Of a DNA stretch of 64,000 nt, positions 14,499 through 24,380 are shown piece by piece. The notes below the pieces were generated by a model. It was not told the DNA's origin. It was given only the letters and a program-made list of their open reading frames with translations, and did no database searches. The translations under genes were made by a program, and so were the position numbers. How positions within the stretch are numbered: the first letter of the stretch is position 1; each line of letters opens with the position of its first letter. The stretch covers positions 268,962-332,961 of the forward strand of contig CAVZRV010000035.1 in NCBI GenBank assembly GCA_963777605.1. Reading direction: 5' to 3'. Source of the stretch: an uncultured Acidobacteriota bacterium (GTDB lineage Bacteria; Acidobacteriota; UBA6911; RPQK01; JAPXNP01).

Positions 14499-15709
14499 TC
14501 GGCGGCTTCTCCCGGAGCAGGCCGTGGGGATTCCCCAAGCGATTCAAGCGGGGTCGAATCACCGGCAGGTACCCGAAACCGGCAAATCGCCTCAACGACC
14601 TCCGCCAGGTCCTTTTCAGTCAGGTCGTTGTAAAAGGGAATTCTGACCAGCCGATCACTCACTGACTCGGTCACCGGGCAGTCTCCCGGACGGCCTCCAA
14701 ACTTGATTCCCATTTCCGAAAGGTGCAGCGGCAAATAGTGAAACACGCTCAAGATGCCGCGCTCTCGCAGATGTTCAATCAATCCCTGCCGCGCTTCGAG
14801 CGACGGAAGCAACAGGTAGAACATGTGGTAGGACTGTTCGCAGTACCCAGGAACGACCGGCATGCGGACCTGGTTCTCATCCGCCCAATCGCACAGGTGA
14901 TCCTGGTAGTACTCCCAGATCCACCTGCGCCGGCTTTGGATTTCTTCCCGTGCTTCCAGTTGGGCGTAGAGAAAGGCGGCCAGGATGTCGGAGGGAAGAA
15001 AACTCGACCCGATATCGACCCAGCTGTACTTGTCCACTTCTCCCCGAAAGAAACGGCTCCGATTGGTGCCTTTCTCTCGCACGATTTCGGCCCGCTCCAG
15101 GTAGCCGGGGTCGTTGATGAGGATGGCGCCGCCTTCTCCACAGATGAAATTCTTGGTTTCGTGAAAACTCTGGGCCGCAAACGTGCCGAACGTTCCGAGA
15201 AAGCGCCCCCGGTACTTGCCGAACAGGCCATGGGCGTTGTCTTCGACAACGGGGATTCCGTTTCGGGAGGCCACCTTGCCGATGACGTCCATCTCGCAGC
15301 CGACGCCGGCATAGTGAACCGGGACGATCGCCTTCGTGCGGGGCGTGATCGCAGCTTCCAGGAGCGATTCGTCGAGGTTCAGGGTGTCTTTCCGAACATC
15401 AATAAAGACGGGGCGGGCCCCTCGCAGGACGAAGGCATTGACAGTCGATACGAAGGTGAAGGAGGGGACGATGACTTCGTCTCCCGGTTCGATCTGCAGC
15501 AAGAGTGCAGCCATCTCCAGGGCGTCAGTGCAGGAGGTAGTCAGCAGGACCCCGGGAACGCCCAGGGCCTCCTCCAGCAGGGTATGGCAGCGCCGGGTAA
15601 ATCCCGCGTCACCGGCGGACCGGCCGCTGAGAATAACCTGTGAAATATAGAAGAGCTCGCGACCGATCAGGGTCGGCTTGTTGAAGGGAATCTTGATCGC
15701 TTCGTTCAT
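14495..15709 (-). CDS. wecE: dTDP-4-amino-4,6-dideoxygalactose transaminase (DegT/DnrJ family)
   Basis: IPFNKP, LLTTSCTDALEMAALL, PVHYAGVGCEMD, SFHETKN (PLP Lys), EKGTNRSRFFRGEVDKYSWVDIGSS. Confidence 0.92.
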   Translation of the reverse strand: MNEAIKIPFNKPTLIGRELFYISQVILSGRSAGDAGFTRRCHTLLEEALGVPGVLLTTSCTDALEMAALLLQIEPGDEVIVPSFTFVSTVNAFVLRGARPVFIDVRKDTLNLDESLLEAAITPRTKAIVPVHYAGVGCEMDVIGKVASRNGIPVVEDNAHGLFGKYRGRFLGTFGTFAAQSFHETKNFICGEGGAILINDPGYLERAEIVREKGTNRSRFFRGEVDKYSWVDIGSSFLPSDILAAFLYAQLEAREEIQSRRRWIWEYYQDHLCDWADENQVRMPVVPGYCEQSYHMFYLLLPSLEARQGLIEHLRERGILSVFHYLPLHLSEMGIKFGGRPGDCPVTESVSDRLVRIPFYNDLTEKDLAEVVEAICRFRVPAGDSTPLESLGESPRPAPGEAAE

Positions 15710-15735
15710 TTTCAGTCGGATCTCCTCCCGTAAGC

Positions 15736-16407
15736 CTAAACGCCGCCCCGGAAATGTCGTTCCACCCAGGCGCCGGCCCCCCTGCTTCTTGCAAGTCTGA
15801 TCACGTGATTCGGATCATAGGGTCGTTCGATCGGGAGGCACTCCCCGGTTCCGGTGTCCATCAGAACAGCGCACGCCACGTTAGGCTTGTGCCGGGACTG
15901 GCCGACCGAACCCGGGTTGATCAGGCGAGGGCGTGCCCCGTCCCTGAGGTACGGACCGCGTCTGCCCGAACGCGATGACGTCGTAGTCGAAGCAATCCAG
16001 TTGTTCCAGCTTCGGGCTGTCCGGGTAGAGATAGTGGTGCAGGGGACTCCATGGACTCCCGTGGACCAGGTTGAAAAACTGCGAGCCAATCTTCCGCTCC
16101 AGGCAACCGGCAGGCCCGAGAGCCAGGCGCGGTGATCCGCATCGATCACCGCATCAGCGAACTCGATTCCGAACCGGACGCTGTCGTTTGCCTCCCCTGG
16201 GACTCCGTTGACGAGGAACCAGTCGTGGTTCCCCAGGATGCAGTGCGCGTTCCATGCCCGAAGAGTGCTGACCACCTCATTTACCTGGCAGTAATAACCG
16301 ATGATGTCTCCGAGACAAACGACTCGATCAACTCCGACGAGGTCTTCCTGGAGCGCATTCAAGGCTTCGAAGTTGGCATGAATGTCACTGATCAGGGCTA
16401 TCCGCAT
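15736..16407 (-). CDS. Metallophosphoesterase family protein (internal compensating frameshifts)
   Basis: MRIALISDIHAN, CLGDIIGY, LGNHD, LINPGSVGQSR; the VHGSPW segment is in another frame. Confidence 0.82.
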   Translation of the reverse strand: MRIALISDIHANFEALNALQEDLVGVDRVVCLGDIIGYYCQVNEVVSTLRAWNAHCILGNHDWFLVNGVPGEANDSVRFGIEFADAVIDADHRAWLSGLPVAWSGRLARSFSTWSTGVHGVPCTTISTRTARSWNNWIASTTTSSRSGRRGPYLRDGARPRLINPGSVGQSRHKPNVACAVLMDTGTGECLPIERPYDPNHVIRLARSRGAGAWVERHFRGGV

Positions 16408-17282
16408 CGCCGGCCTGCACTCCACAGAATCGAATCACCCAGTGAGTGGCGAGGGTCGTAACCCAAGTCACGGCGGGCCCGTTCAATCGAGACAGTCCAA
16501 TCCAGCTCGTCATCCGGATCCGCTGCGCCGGAAAAGCAAATCCGGGAAGACGATCCCAGGATCGTAATGACTTCTTCTGCGAGCTCGCGGTTCGAGACGC
16601 TTTGTCCCCTGCCGATGTTGTAAATCCCGGAACAATCACTTTCAAGAACCGTACTCACGGCAGAGGCAATGTCCCTCAAATCAACGTAGTCCTGTCTCCT
16701 GGTGCCAAGCCCGCTCAATTCCAAAGGCTCTCCAGCCAGTGCCCGCTTGATGAATACCGGAAAGATTCGACTTGATGGCAAGCCCGGGCCAACCGGGGAC
16801 GTCAGCCTCAGGATCGGCTTCCTGGAAATTCCATCGTCCACAAGGCGGCACAGTTGCTCGCCGTAGAGTTTCGAAGCATGATAGGCCGACTCTGGCACCG
16901 TGGGATGGTCCTCGGTGATCGGCAGATGCCTGGGAATTCCAATTACAGGCATGCTGGACAGGTAGACAAAGCAGCCCGCCTTCCACTTCGAGGCAACCTG
17001 CAGCAGATGCTGCGTCCCGATGCAATTGACAGTCGTCAATTCTTGAGACAATGCTCCTCCGTGCAGTATCGCGGCACCATGAATCACTGCGTCACACTTA
17101 TCCAAACTCAGAACCTCTTCGAGGCTCTCAGGCGTCCCGAGGTCGGCGATTACTTCCGCCGCAACTTCGCCGTGCCCACCAGGCTCTCGGCTGACGCCGT
17201 AAACGCGGTGTCCCGCCATCGCCAGCGTCCGGCAAACCACACGTCCGATCAACCCGGTGTGCCCCGATACCAGTACCTCCAC
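16398..17282 (-). CDS. NAD-dependent epimerase/dehydratase (extended SDR)
   Basis: VLVSGHTGLIG, VYLSS, YHASK (YxxxK), RQDYVDLRDIA, GIYNIG. Confidence 0.88.
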   Translation of the reverse strand: MEVLVSGHTGLIGRVVCRTLAMAGHRVYGVSREPGGHGEVAAEVIADLGTPESLEEVLSLDKCDAVIHGAAILHGGALSQELTTVNCIGTQHLLQVASKWKAGCFVYLSSMPVIGIPRHLPITEDHPTVPESAYHASKLYGEQLCRLVDDGISRKPILRLTSPVGPGLPSSRIFPVFIKRALAGEPLELSGLGTRRQDYVDLRDIASAVSTVLESDCSGIYNIGRGQSVSNRELAEEVITILGSSSRICFSGAADPDDELDWTVSIERARRDLGYDPRHSLGDSILWSAGRRCG

Positions 17283-18340
17283 TTGCTCATCCCGAAGTCT
17301 TCCACTTGTCCCGCCCGGGAGGGCGTGGGATCGAAGACCCCGTTTTCGTCCAGTTCGGCGACAGATTCAGGGGAGATGTAGATCTCGTTCCAGTACCTCA
17401 GGCAGACTCCACGCGTCAACTTTGGAAGATCTGCGGCCGGCTCACCCATGATGTAGTGGCGGACAGCCGCCTCCACGTCGTTGAATCCGAAATGTGCCCG
17501 CAACGGAGCGGTGCCTGAGAAACGCAGGTTGACCTCGAAGCAGGCGGAACGCCCCTCAGTCAGTCGGGATTGAACGTTACACGGACCGGCGGGACGCAAC
17601 GCAGCAGCGATTTTCGTGGCTTGATTCGCGACTTCAGGAAATTCACCGAGCCGGGCGCGATAAGTGGTTCCGTATTGTAGTTCGCGCCGCATCGTAATCA
17701 CACCTCGAACCACCCCATCCCGGTCCGAAAACGTCCCCGTCGTGTATTCTTCCCTAGCATCGCCGACTTGTTCCTGTATCAAGTAAGCGTTCTGCCGAAT
17801 AACCGCCTCGAGCGCTTCCCGAGTACCCACATCTGCAATTCCGTGGGATCCCTTCCCTGACCGAGGCTTGGCGATGAGTGGGAACCCGCACTGTTCCACG
17901 AGCCGGTTCACCGCGTCCACATCGTTCGCGTCGGCGTAGCGAGGCGTGTTCAGGCCGAGGCTCTCGAGCCACCGGCACATAGCCAGCTTGTCCTGACCGA
18001 CGGCAAGTTTCTCGGGAGGGCTGACAAGGCATACCGCTCCGGACTCGTGTCGAATCAGATCCGCGTTCTCAGACAGAACCTTCAACACCGGCTCAACCCC
18101 AGAAAGTACCCCATCGACCCGTTCCTTGCGGCAGGTCGCAATCAGCCAGTCCAGGAACTGCCGATCGGCCGCCGGGGGAGAAAGGTAGCCTCGATCCACG
18201 GTGTAAAGTCCTGCCGAAAGAGGTGAAATGCAGCCGCCGATGACACGTGCACGCAACTTCGAATGGGCCAGGGCCTTGAGAATCCCTTGTCCCACGTTTC
18301 CACCGACACCCAATACAAGGAGACAAACGTCTGGCTGCAT
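17249..18340 (-). CDS. ATP-grasp domain protein (carbamoyl-phosphate synthase-like subfamily)
   Basis: LVLGVGGNVG, QDKLAM, GFPLIAKPRSGKGSHG, YLIQEQV..EEYT, GPCNVQ, FEVNLRFSG. Confidence 0.87.
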   Translation of the reverse strand: MQPDVCLLVLGVGGNVGQGILKALAHSKLRARVIGGCISPLSAGLYTVDRGYLSPPAADRQFLDWLIATCRKERVDGVLSGVEPVLKVLSENADLIRHESGAVCLVSPPEKLAVGQDKLAMCRWLESLGLNTPRYADANDVDAVNRLVEQCGFPLIAKPRSGKGSHGIADVGTREALEAVIRQNAYLIQEQVGDAREEYTTGTFSDRDGVVRGVITMRRELQYGTTYRARLGEFPEVANQATKIAAALRPAGPCNVQSRLTEGRSACFEVNLRFSGTAPLRAHFGFNDVEAAVRHYIMGEPAADLPKLTRGVCLRYWNEIYISPESVAELDENGVFDPTPSRAGQVEDFGMSKWRYWYRGTPG

Positions 18341-19836
18341 GCTGATCGTCGTTTACCTTCCGGCGTCGATGCCTCTTCGAAACGTGCCTGGAATGTCCCT
18401 GACCGGTGCCAGCAACATGGAGTAAAACCCCCGATTACCAAGGAACCGTCGATCGTGAAACACCGCCGCAACGCGATTCTAAGGCACTTGAACTTGCGTT
18501 TCTCGGATCGTGCCGCGATCGCCCGGTTGAATTGGTAGCGTCCCAGGACCCTTGGATCGAAGCCGGGAAGGACTTTGTTGAGTTGTGGGGCCAGATCGCG
18601 CAGAGGGGCTTCGGCTGACCCGTCGCCGTGCGCCAAATCATGACACCGGAGTTGATGGACCAAATCGGCGAGGATGACCTCACCGGGTTCATAGCCAGGA
18701 GGGAGGGCCGGTGGACAGTCGCCATTCATTCCATTCCACAGAGCATTCCTGCAAAACGTCGCCAGCAGAATGTGCGCGTTCATCTCCTCCACGGCTCGGG
18801 TATCCGGTCGCAGTTGCGGGGGCAACTCCTTGACAATCCCCAGAAACGGTCCCGTGCCGTCCATGGGTGCTGAAACCAACCCTTTCCGGAAAATCAGTTC
18901 GACGATTTGCGGGGGCGACCCCTTGGAGAGCGCCGGAATTTCCTTCAAGGCACGGGCCAGCAATCTTCGGCCGGTCTCCAGGTCACCCTGGGCGTAGGCG
19001 GTGTACACCCACACCATGTACGTTTCGCTGAAGGCCGACTCCTCCAGTTGGCGTACCGTCCCGGGACAGCGGGCGTCCTCGAGAATGAGCCTCTGGCAAC
19101 GCAATTCGGCCTCACATCTCCCTGCAAGGTCCCTCTGTATCCGGCCTTTGTGATAGCGCCGATAATTGAGGACTCTGCCGACATTGCCTATGTGGCAGCC
19201 GGCGAGGGCCATTCGCCCCCAGATCACCGTCTCCCCACCATTGAAGATCACCTGGTCGCCACGTCGGAGTGCGAAGCTATCGTCCCAAACCTCATCTCGA
19301 ATCGCCCATTCTCTCCTGACGACGGCATCGCTGGGTGAAATCGGGAAACCCAATACGAGGTCGGACAATCCCACGACTCCTGGCGGGTCCCAGACCCCAA
19401 AGACTTTTCCCGACCACGACTCAACGTTAAAGCGCGCGTTGCAACTGCTTCCGACCTCAGGGTGAGCCTCCATGAACCGGACGTGGCAGGCAAGCTTATC
19501 GGGGTGGAATGCGTCATCCTGATCCAGAAAGGCGATCAACTTCCCTCTGGCCCGACCCATTGCCGTCTTCCTCGCCGTGAATGCTCCTTGATTCTCGGCA
19601 TTTCGAAGATAACGGATGCGGGGATCGACCATGCTTCGGACCACTTCAGCGGTGTTGTCCGGCGAGCAGTCGTCCACGACGATGATTTCGAAATCCTGCC
19701 AGGTCTGTTTCAGGACGCTCTCAATCGCAGCGGGCAGAACCGCCGCACCGCCATAGGCGGGAATGATCACGCTGACTAGTGGATCGCCAGGAAGTGGAGG
19801 AGAATCAGATGATATCGGCAAAACGGAACTCGACAC
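18142..19836 (-). CDS. Glycosyltransferase family 2 with C-terminal helical extension (3' end probably frameshifted; true stop likely near 18340)
   Basis: PLVSVIIPAY, FEIIVVDDCSPD, IAFLDQDD; the ORF overlaps the next gene by ~200 nt. Confidence 0.85.
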   Translation of the reverse strand: MSSSVLPISSDSPPLPGDPLVSVIIPAYGGAAVLPAAIESVLKQTWQDFEIIVVDDCSPDNTAEVVRSMVDPRIRYLRNAENQGAFTARKTAMGRARGKLIAFLDQDDAFHPDKLACHVRFMEAHPEVGSSCNARFNVESWSGKVFGVWDPPGVVGLSDLVLGFPISPSDAVVRREWAIRDEVWDDSFALRRGDQVIFNGGETVIWGRMALAGCHIGNVGRVLNYRRYHKGRIQRDLAGRCEAELRCQRLILEDARCPGTVRQLEESAFSETYMVWVYTAYAQGDLETGRRLLARALKEIPALSKGSPPQIVELIFRKGLVSAPMDGTGPFLGIVKELPPQLRPDTRAVEEMNAHILLATFCRNALWNGMNGDCPPALPPGYEPGEVILADLVHQLRCHDLAHGDGSAEAPLRDLAPQLNKVLPGFDPRVLGRYQFNRAIAARSEKRKFKCLRIALRRCFTIDGSLVIGGFTPCCWHRSGTFQARFEEASTPEGKRRSACSQTFVSLYWVSVETWDKGFSRPWPIRSCVHVSSAAAFHLFRQDFTPWIEATFLPRRPIGSSWTG

Positions 19837-20581
19837 GTTTGAAGATCCAGTACCCTGCGATAAAGACCAGCACTGAAACGGCCGCCGCTACCGCCAGGTG
19901 GGTACCCGGCACCTGCCCGTGAAGGAGGGCCTCCCGGTAGGCCTCGAGAATTCCCGCCATCGGGTTCAGGTAGTAGTAGGAACGATAGGCGTCGGGGATC
20001 ATGGTGACCGGGTAAAGAATCGGAGAAGCATAGAACCAGAGCTGGACTCCCAACGCCAGAACCGATCGCACGTCACGAACGAAGACGTTGGCGGCGCTGA
20101 GGAGAAGCCCCAACCCAACGACCAACATCAACTGGACGATCAGAATCACCGGGATACAGAGCAGAGCCGGCAGGGAAATCTCCACACGGTAGGCCACCAT
20201 CAGGATCACCACGATCGAGGAAGCCACCGCAAAATCCATCAGCCGGGCCAACATGGCGGCGATGGGCAGGATCTCCCTAGGAAAGTAGATCTTGGTGACC
20301 AGGCTCATGTTTTCCACGACAGCGTTTGACATGTCGGTCAGAGACATGGCGAGAAAGGTCCAGGGGACGATGGCCACGTAAGAGAAGATCACATACGGAG
20401 TATCCCCGGTGTCCACCCGGACCACGTAGGTGAATACCACCGTGAAGATAGCCACCTGCCCCGCCGGCTGCAACAGCGCCCAGAGCCAACCCAGGACGGA
20501 CTGCTGATAGCGGGCCCGCACGTTGCGACGGGTCCATTCCCAAAGAAGGTCACGAGAAGCAAGAAGGGAAGCGATCATCAT
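19805..20581 (-). CDS. wzm: ABC-2 polysaccharide transporter permease
   Basis: VRARYQQSVLGWLWALLQP, LVTKIYFPREILP, FYASPILYP, LNPMAGILEAYR, FADII. Confidence 0.92.
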   Translation of the reverse strand: MMIASLLASRDLLWEWTRRNVRARYQQSVLGWLWALLQPAGQVAIFTVVFTYVVRVDTGDTPYVIFSYVAIVPWTFLAMSLTDMSNAVVENMSLVTKIYFPREILPIAAMLARLMDFAVASSIVVILMVAYRVEISLPALLCIPVILIVQLMLVVGLGLLLSAANVFVRDVRSVLALGVQLWFYASPILYPVTMIPDAYRSYYYLNPMAGILEAYREALLHGQVPGTHLAVAAAVSVLVFIAGYWIFKRVEFRFADII

Positions 20582-20594
20582 TGTTCCTCGGAAC

Positions 20595-21905
20595 CTACGT
20601 CGCCTGAAACCAGGAAGTAATCGGTTCGTAAACTCCGCTGTCGTCTTCATAACTGCGGGCCAGCCCTTTGACATGAAACCACTCCGAGCGGGCCGGGCCC
20701 GGCGTCAGGGGCAGCGAGTCGGCTTCGTTGAGGAAGAACGCCTCTACGAAATAGGTCCCCGTGATCAACTGGAGCGGCTGGAGGCGGACCGTAATGCGGC
20801 CCCGGCCCCGACCGACCTCGAGACAGCAATCAGCATGGCGGCTGCGTACCATGCAGCAACTCATCCCGTCCGAGCGAATAATAAAGAGTGACATCTGCAC
20901 GCGGCCCAGGTCTCGTTCGGCCAGGTAGTCGATTGCTATCTCCGCCGCTTCCGAGTTGAGCAGTCTCCCATCCGCACCGCCCTTTCCAGTCACCTGGACT
21001 GCAGTGATCTCGACACCACCTGCCGATCGGCCCTTTGAGACACCCCGATCCCGGTCGAACTTCCGGGCCCGATCGGCGTGCAGATCCGATTCGTAGGCCT
21101 CGAGTATCTGCTCCGTCTTCCCCGCCAGTTGGATCGAACCGTTGCGCAGGTAGATCGCCTTCCGGCAAACCGCATGGACCATGTAAAGGTTGTGGGAGAC
21201 GAAGATGATGCTGGTCCCCCGGTCAAGGAGCTCCTGGATCCGACCCAGGCATTTCTGTCTGAATGCAGCATCACCGACTGCCAGGACCTCATCAACCAGC
21301 AGAATTTCAGGATCGATGCAGGCTGCAACAGCAAATCCCAGCCGGACGGTCATTCCGGACGAATACCGTTTCACGGGCGTATCGATGAACCGGCTCAGTT
21401 CCGAGAATTCGACGATTTCATCGAAGCGCTTTTCGATTTCCGATCGCTGCAACCCGAGGATGGTTCCATTCAGGAAGATATTCTCCCGTCCGGTCAACTC
21501 CGGGTGGAATCCGGCCCCCAGTTCGATCAGGGCCGACAACCTGCCGTTGACTTGAATCTCACCGGTACTCGGCTTGGTGATGTTGGCCAGGAGTTTCAGA
21601 ATCGTCGTTTTGCCGGCGCCGTTGGGGCCAACCAGAGCAAGTGATTCACCGGGCTCGAGGTCGAAGCTCACGTTCTTCAATGCCCAGAGGTAGCCTCGGT
21701 CACCGTTTCCGCCGGCGACTCGACCGATCGGGCTCCGCCGGAACCATGACGCAACGAGGCGGGGAAGGCTGGTTCGGGTGAGGCCCAGCCGGTACCCCTT
21801 CGAGACCTCCTCGAACCGGACCAGTTTGCGGGCCGGAATAGGCGAACTTTGCACGGGGACTTCCCTCTCCGGTTCGATTGCCGGTTCAGTTTGCGGGTTG
21901 AGCAT
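20595..21905 (-). CDS. wzt: ABC polysaccharide transporter ATP-binding protein with Wzt C-terminal domain
   Basis: WALKNVSF, GPNGAGKTT, ELGAGFHPELTGRENI, YSSGMTVRLGF, LLVDEVLAVGD. Confidence 0.93.
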   Translation of the reverse strand: MLNPQTEPAIEPEREVPVQSSPIPARKLVRFEEVSKGYRLGLTRTSLPRLVASWFRRSPIGRVAGGNGDRGYLWALKNVSFDLEPGESLALVGPNGAGKTTILKLLANITKPSTGEIQVNGRLSALIELGAGFHPELTGRENIFLNGTILGLQRSEIEKRFDEIVEFSELSRFIDTPVKRYSSGMTVRLGFAVAACIDPEILLVDEVLAVGDAAFRQKCLGRIQELLDRGTSIIFVSHNLYMVHAVCRKAIYLRNGSIQLAGKTEQILEAYESDLHADRARKFDRDRGVSKGRSAGGVEITAVQVTGKGGADGRLLNSEAAEIAIDYLAERDLGRVQMSLFIIRSDGMSCCMVRSRHADCCLEVGRGRGRITVRLQPLQLITGTYFVEAFFLNEADSLPLTPGPARSEWFHVKGLARSYEDDSGVYEPITSWFQAT

Positions 21906-23082
21906 TCACGGCTCCACAACGTTCCACAAGGTCCATGAAGTTCTGTCCTAGCGTTGTCCAATCATATCGTTCCCGGACCAGCTTCCGGGCATTTGTCGAG
22001 ATCATCGATCGAAGCACGGGCTCCCGTAGAAGCCTCACGCAGGCCGCCTGAAATTCAGCTGGCCGATCAGCAATCAGGATCTGTTCACCGGAAACTGCAT
22101 CCAGCCCCTCGGCGCCCTTTGATGTGGCCGCGACGGGGACTCCCAGGGCCATACTTTCGAGGATTTTCAGACGGGTCCCGCCGCCTTCCCTGATGGGAAC
22201 TACCATGATCGTCGCGCTTGCGATCCGGGACCGGATGTCGGGCAGGAATCCCAGGTGCTCCACCCCCGGGCCGCACTCGAACGGCAGGTCTCCGCGGTCC
22301 CCCGTGATGACCAGGCGGGCGCCCGCGACTTGCCGGCGGATCCCGGGCAGGATCTCCGTTGTGAACCACTGCATCGCGTGGTAGTTCGGGAAGTAGGTGA
22401 ATGCCCCGGGAAAGATCATTTCGTTGGTGGAGGGATGAACTTCGACCCTTCGATACTCCTCGAGATTGACACCATTGGGGATCACCTCAACCGGGCCCGG
22501 CGCACCGACCTCCGTGGTCAGGAGAACTCTCTCCCGGTCGGAAACAACCGTGGTCAGGTCGAAACCCCGAAGCAGTCGGGCGAGGTATCGCCGGTGCTTT
22601 TCCCAGGTCAGCCGCGAACGAAATCGCTGGGCCGGCGAGCCGGCCTGCGCCCACTGATCGTATAAAACTCCAACCTCGGCTTCCTCGAACAGGGCCGGGG
22701 TCGAGTCAAGGAATGGACGATAGGACGCCATCCGGGTTTCCGAGGCGATCACCCGATCATACCGTCGCCCGGCGATCTGCTCCCGAATCGCCCGCGCCAT
22801 CTCTTCTGAAAACATCTCCTTCAACGAACGGGGAACCGAACTCAGGAAGCCAAACCTGGCTCTCCACCCATTGGGGTTGAATCCGCGATCCGGGATCAGC
22901 CGGACTTCCCGACAAACCATCCGGGCAGCCGCCAGGTCGAGTTCCTCCCGGGGCCGATCGGCGAAACTGATCAGGTCAACTTCGTGCCGCTCGGAGAGGA
23001 TTCGCAGCAGATTTGAAATCCTCAGCTTGGACCCATGGACAGGCGGGAAGGGGAACCAGGCCGACAGGAAGAGAATCTTCAT
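21886..23082 (-). CDS. Glycosyltransferase family 4 (type common in PEP-CTERM/EPS loci)
   Basis: MKILFLSAWFPFPP..GSKLR, VIPNGV, VVPIREGGGTRLKILESMALG. Confidence 0.9.
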   Translation of the reverse strand: MKILFLSAWFPFPPVHGSKLRISNLLRILSERHEVDLISFADRPREELDLAAARMVCREVRLIPDRGFNPNGWRARFGFLSSVPRSLKEMFSEEMARAIREQIAGRRYDRVIASETRMASYRPFLDSTPALFEEAEVGVLYDQWAQAGSPAQRFRSRLTWEKHRRYLARLLRGFDLTTVVSDRERVLLTTEVGAPGPVEVIPNGVNLEEYRRVEVHPSTNEMIFPGAFTYFPNYHAMQWFTTEILPGIRRQVAGARLVITGDRGDLPFECGPGVEHLGFLPDIRSRIASATIMVVPIREGGGTRLKILESMALGVPVAATSKGAEGLDAVSGEQILIADRPAEFQAACVRLLREPVLRSMISTNARKLVRERYDWTTLGQNFMDLVERCGAVNAQPAN

Positions 23083-23091
23083 ATCGATCCT

Positions 23092-24348
23092 TTAAGCCGC
23101 CCCCTCTGCCGCCTTGCGCGGGCCAAGCCGGCGGAGAAAAGCCTCGACTTCCGCAACCATCCGAGCCAGTGAAAAACGTTCCCTGACCTCGGCGCTGGCC
23201 GTCTTCACCAGCCTGCGCCGGAGCTCCGGTTCCGTCGCCAGCCGCTCCAACTGCCGGGCAAGCGCCTCGGCATCTCCGGGAGGGAATGACAGGCCATTTA
23301 CCTCTTCCTTCAGGATCTCAGCCGCTCCCCCGGTTCGGGTACCGACCACACAAAGTCCCGCCGCCATCCCTTCGGTGAGGACACGTCCGAAGGGCTCATC
23401 CCACTCCGATGCGAATACCAGCACATCGTATCGACTGAGAAGCTCTGGGATCTCGGCCCTGGCGACCGGCTCGTGCATTCGGACCCGCCCCCCAATAGAG
23501 TGCATCTTGATCTTTCGTTCGAGGGCGGAACAGTAACCCGCCTCTCCTCGTCCATAGATGTCAAGGGTCACTTCGGGTGACTTCCCGTTCAGGATCGCCA
23601 GAGCATCCACGACCGTGTGCACTCCCTTGTCCGGGTGGAGTCTCCCGAGAAAGAGTGCTTTCAGCGGCCCTGATTCGGGGAACTCGCGTGCGCCCGCAGC
23701 CTGGAACTCGCCTGGATCGGTCCCGCCATAGATCACGGGCCCGTGCGCCACCGGGATCCCCGCTGCAACCAGAGAGTCTCGCACGGACTGCGTCACGCAA
23801 ATTGGGTTCTCGAAGCGGAGCATCCTGGGCCGAGCTTCCCCAATCCACACTTTCGCTGCCGCGGCAGCCAGCCGCTTCGGCAGTCCCAGCAGGGCTCGAC
23901 GGGACGGCGCCTCCAGTTGCTGGAGCTCCGCAGAGGGCAGCGTCGGCCAGTAATCGGAGATGTAGTAGGCCATGCGGCCGGGATATTGCGCCTCGAGCCA
24001 GAGGGGAACCGCCCGGGGTACGTTCCACAGTCCCCAGGCCAAAACAACATCCGGCGAAAACTGCTCCGCGAGCTCCTCGAGGACTCCCTGGTTCTCCGCT
24101 TCAAGACGACGGCGGGCAACCACCCGCCAGAGGGTACTCTTCAGGCCACCGATAACTTCCAAGTTAAGCCTTCTCAGCACGCTGACCGGGCCGTCCGGAC
24201 AAGTTTCAGCAAGCGCTCGCGACCGCGAGGTCAGGACCCAAACCTGGTGCCCGCGTTCGACCATCCGCTGCGCCACTTCCTGGCACCAGAGCTCGTATCC
24301 ACCGAAGCTCTCCGGGGGATAGTAGTTGGACACGAAAAGAATCCTCAT
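23092..24348 (-). CDS. Glycosyltransferase family 4
   Basis: MRILFVSNYYPPESFGGYE, FLGRLHPDKG, SEWDEPFGRVLTEGMAAG. Confidence 0.9.
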   Translation of the reverse strand: MRILFVSNYYPPESFGGYELWCQEVAQRMVERGHQVWVLTSRSRALAETCPDGPVSVLRRLNLEVIGGLKSTLWRVVARRRLEAENQGVLEELAEQFSPDVVLAWGLWNVPRAVPLWLEAQYPGRMAYYISDYWPTLPSAELQQLEAPSRRALLGLPKRLAAAAAKVWIGEARPRMLRFENPICVTQSVRDSLVAAGIPVAHGPVIYGGTDPGEFQAAGAREFPESGPLKALFLGRLHPDKGVHTVVDALAILNGKSPEVTLDIYGRGEAGYCSALERKIKMHSIGGRVRMHEPVARAEIPELLSRYDVLVFASEWDEPFGRVLTEGMAAGLCVVGTRTGGAAEILKEEVNGLSFPPGDAEALARQLERLATEPELRRRLVKTASAEVRERFSLARMVAEVEAFLRRLGPRKAAEGAA

Positions 24349-24380
24349 GGCGTCGTAAGGCTCCGAGACACGGGGAGCGT

